46,517 nucleotides of DNA. Source: Paraspadella gotoi (Eukaryota > Animalia > Chaetognatha). Numbering within the stretch: position 1 is the first letter of the stretch; each line of letters opens with the position of its first letter. A program made the translations under genes and the position numbers. Of this stretch, positions 45,812 through 46,517 are shown piece after piece. The DNA lies in contig CM119269.1 in NCBI GenBank assembly GCA_051294375.1, forward strand, positions 19,458,307 through 19,504,823. The letters run 5' to 3'. The notes beneath the pieces are model-generated. The model made no database searches and was not told the DNA's origin. It was given only the letters and a program-made list of their open reading frames with translations.

Positions 45812-46517
45812 NNNNNNNNNNTTTCACTTCAACTCGTGATTTGAATTTGAGTTTGAATTTGATTTTGATCCTCAAAGAATGGACTCTTCCTCCTTTTTCC
45901 TCTTCATTCGCCTCTTCTTTCCCCTTCTTTTCATATATCAATCTCTCTTTATCTCTGACATATTTTTATATGTTCGCTCTTTTTTCGATTTTCCACCTCA
46001 TATGTAGGTCATAGTCGATACGTATTCATACAAAATAATATTAGTTCGTTAAAAATGTATTTTCTCCCTACTTATCCCTTTCTTATTCCCCTTCCTTCCC
46101 CGACTATTCCCCGCCAGCATCGTCATTATCGAGCGAAGCTTCTTAAGGAATTTTGATGACAAACGAAAAAAAAAAGGAAAATTAAGGAAGAAAAGATTCG
46201 TTAAAGAAAGGGGGAAAAGGGGGGAAAAAAGGAAGGGGGGTTGCGTAAAAAAGGGGAAAAGTGGAAAGTTTAGGGAGGAAAAATAATTTTTTTAACCGAT
46301 TTAACTGGTTAATTAACCGATGAAAATTAACATCCCTTCACCGAGACGTGAGAAGGATGAATTTAGGTATCCAGAGAATAAAGTAAAAAAATGGTCGGTT
46401 AATATTTTAAATGAGACATATATAGAAAATGATTAAAGTTTAAGAGGTGCGCATGGACGCAACCTTGCAGTGGAAGGGAGGGGTGAAGATCTAATGGCAG
46501 GAAATAGAGGCTAAAAC

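Overview
Eukaryotic (probably protostome invertebrate) genomic DNA from a gapped, microsatellite-rich draft assembly. The window is mostly one minus-strand Eph receptor tyrosine kinase gene. Nine exons were reconstructed by hand with phase-consistent GT-AG junctions: Cys-rich/EGF-like, two FN3 domains, stalk, TM, juxtamembrane YxDPxxYEDP, and kinase up to subdomain X. The 5' exons and the final kinase/SAM exons were not found here. Three things stand out. (1) A multi-exon BCAP/BANK1/Dof(stumps)-like adaptor gene (TIR-like, DBB, ankyrin, YxxM) is nested on the same strand in the 12.4-kb intron that splits the kinase. It is hidden from the ORF track by about 10 frame switches. (2) A ~1.7-kb minisatellite has a 42-nt unit that copies the FN3 exon's own exon/intron junction, giving a tandem array of in-frame 5' splice sites. 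(3) A Penelope-type minimal hammerhead ribozyme motif lies in the Eph sense orientation at the tip of a perfect 47-bp inverted repeat. Most listed ORFs are artefacts of simple repeats. Family assignments come from recalled sequence motifs, not from database searches.
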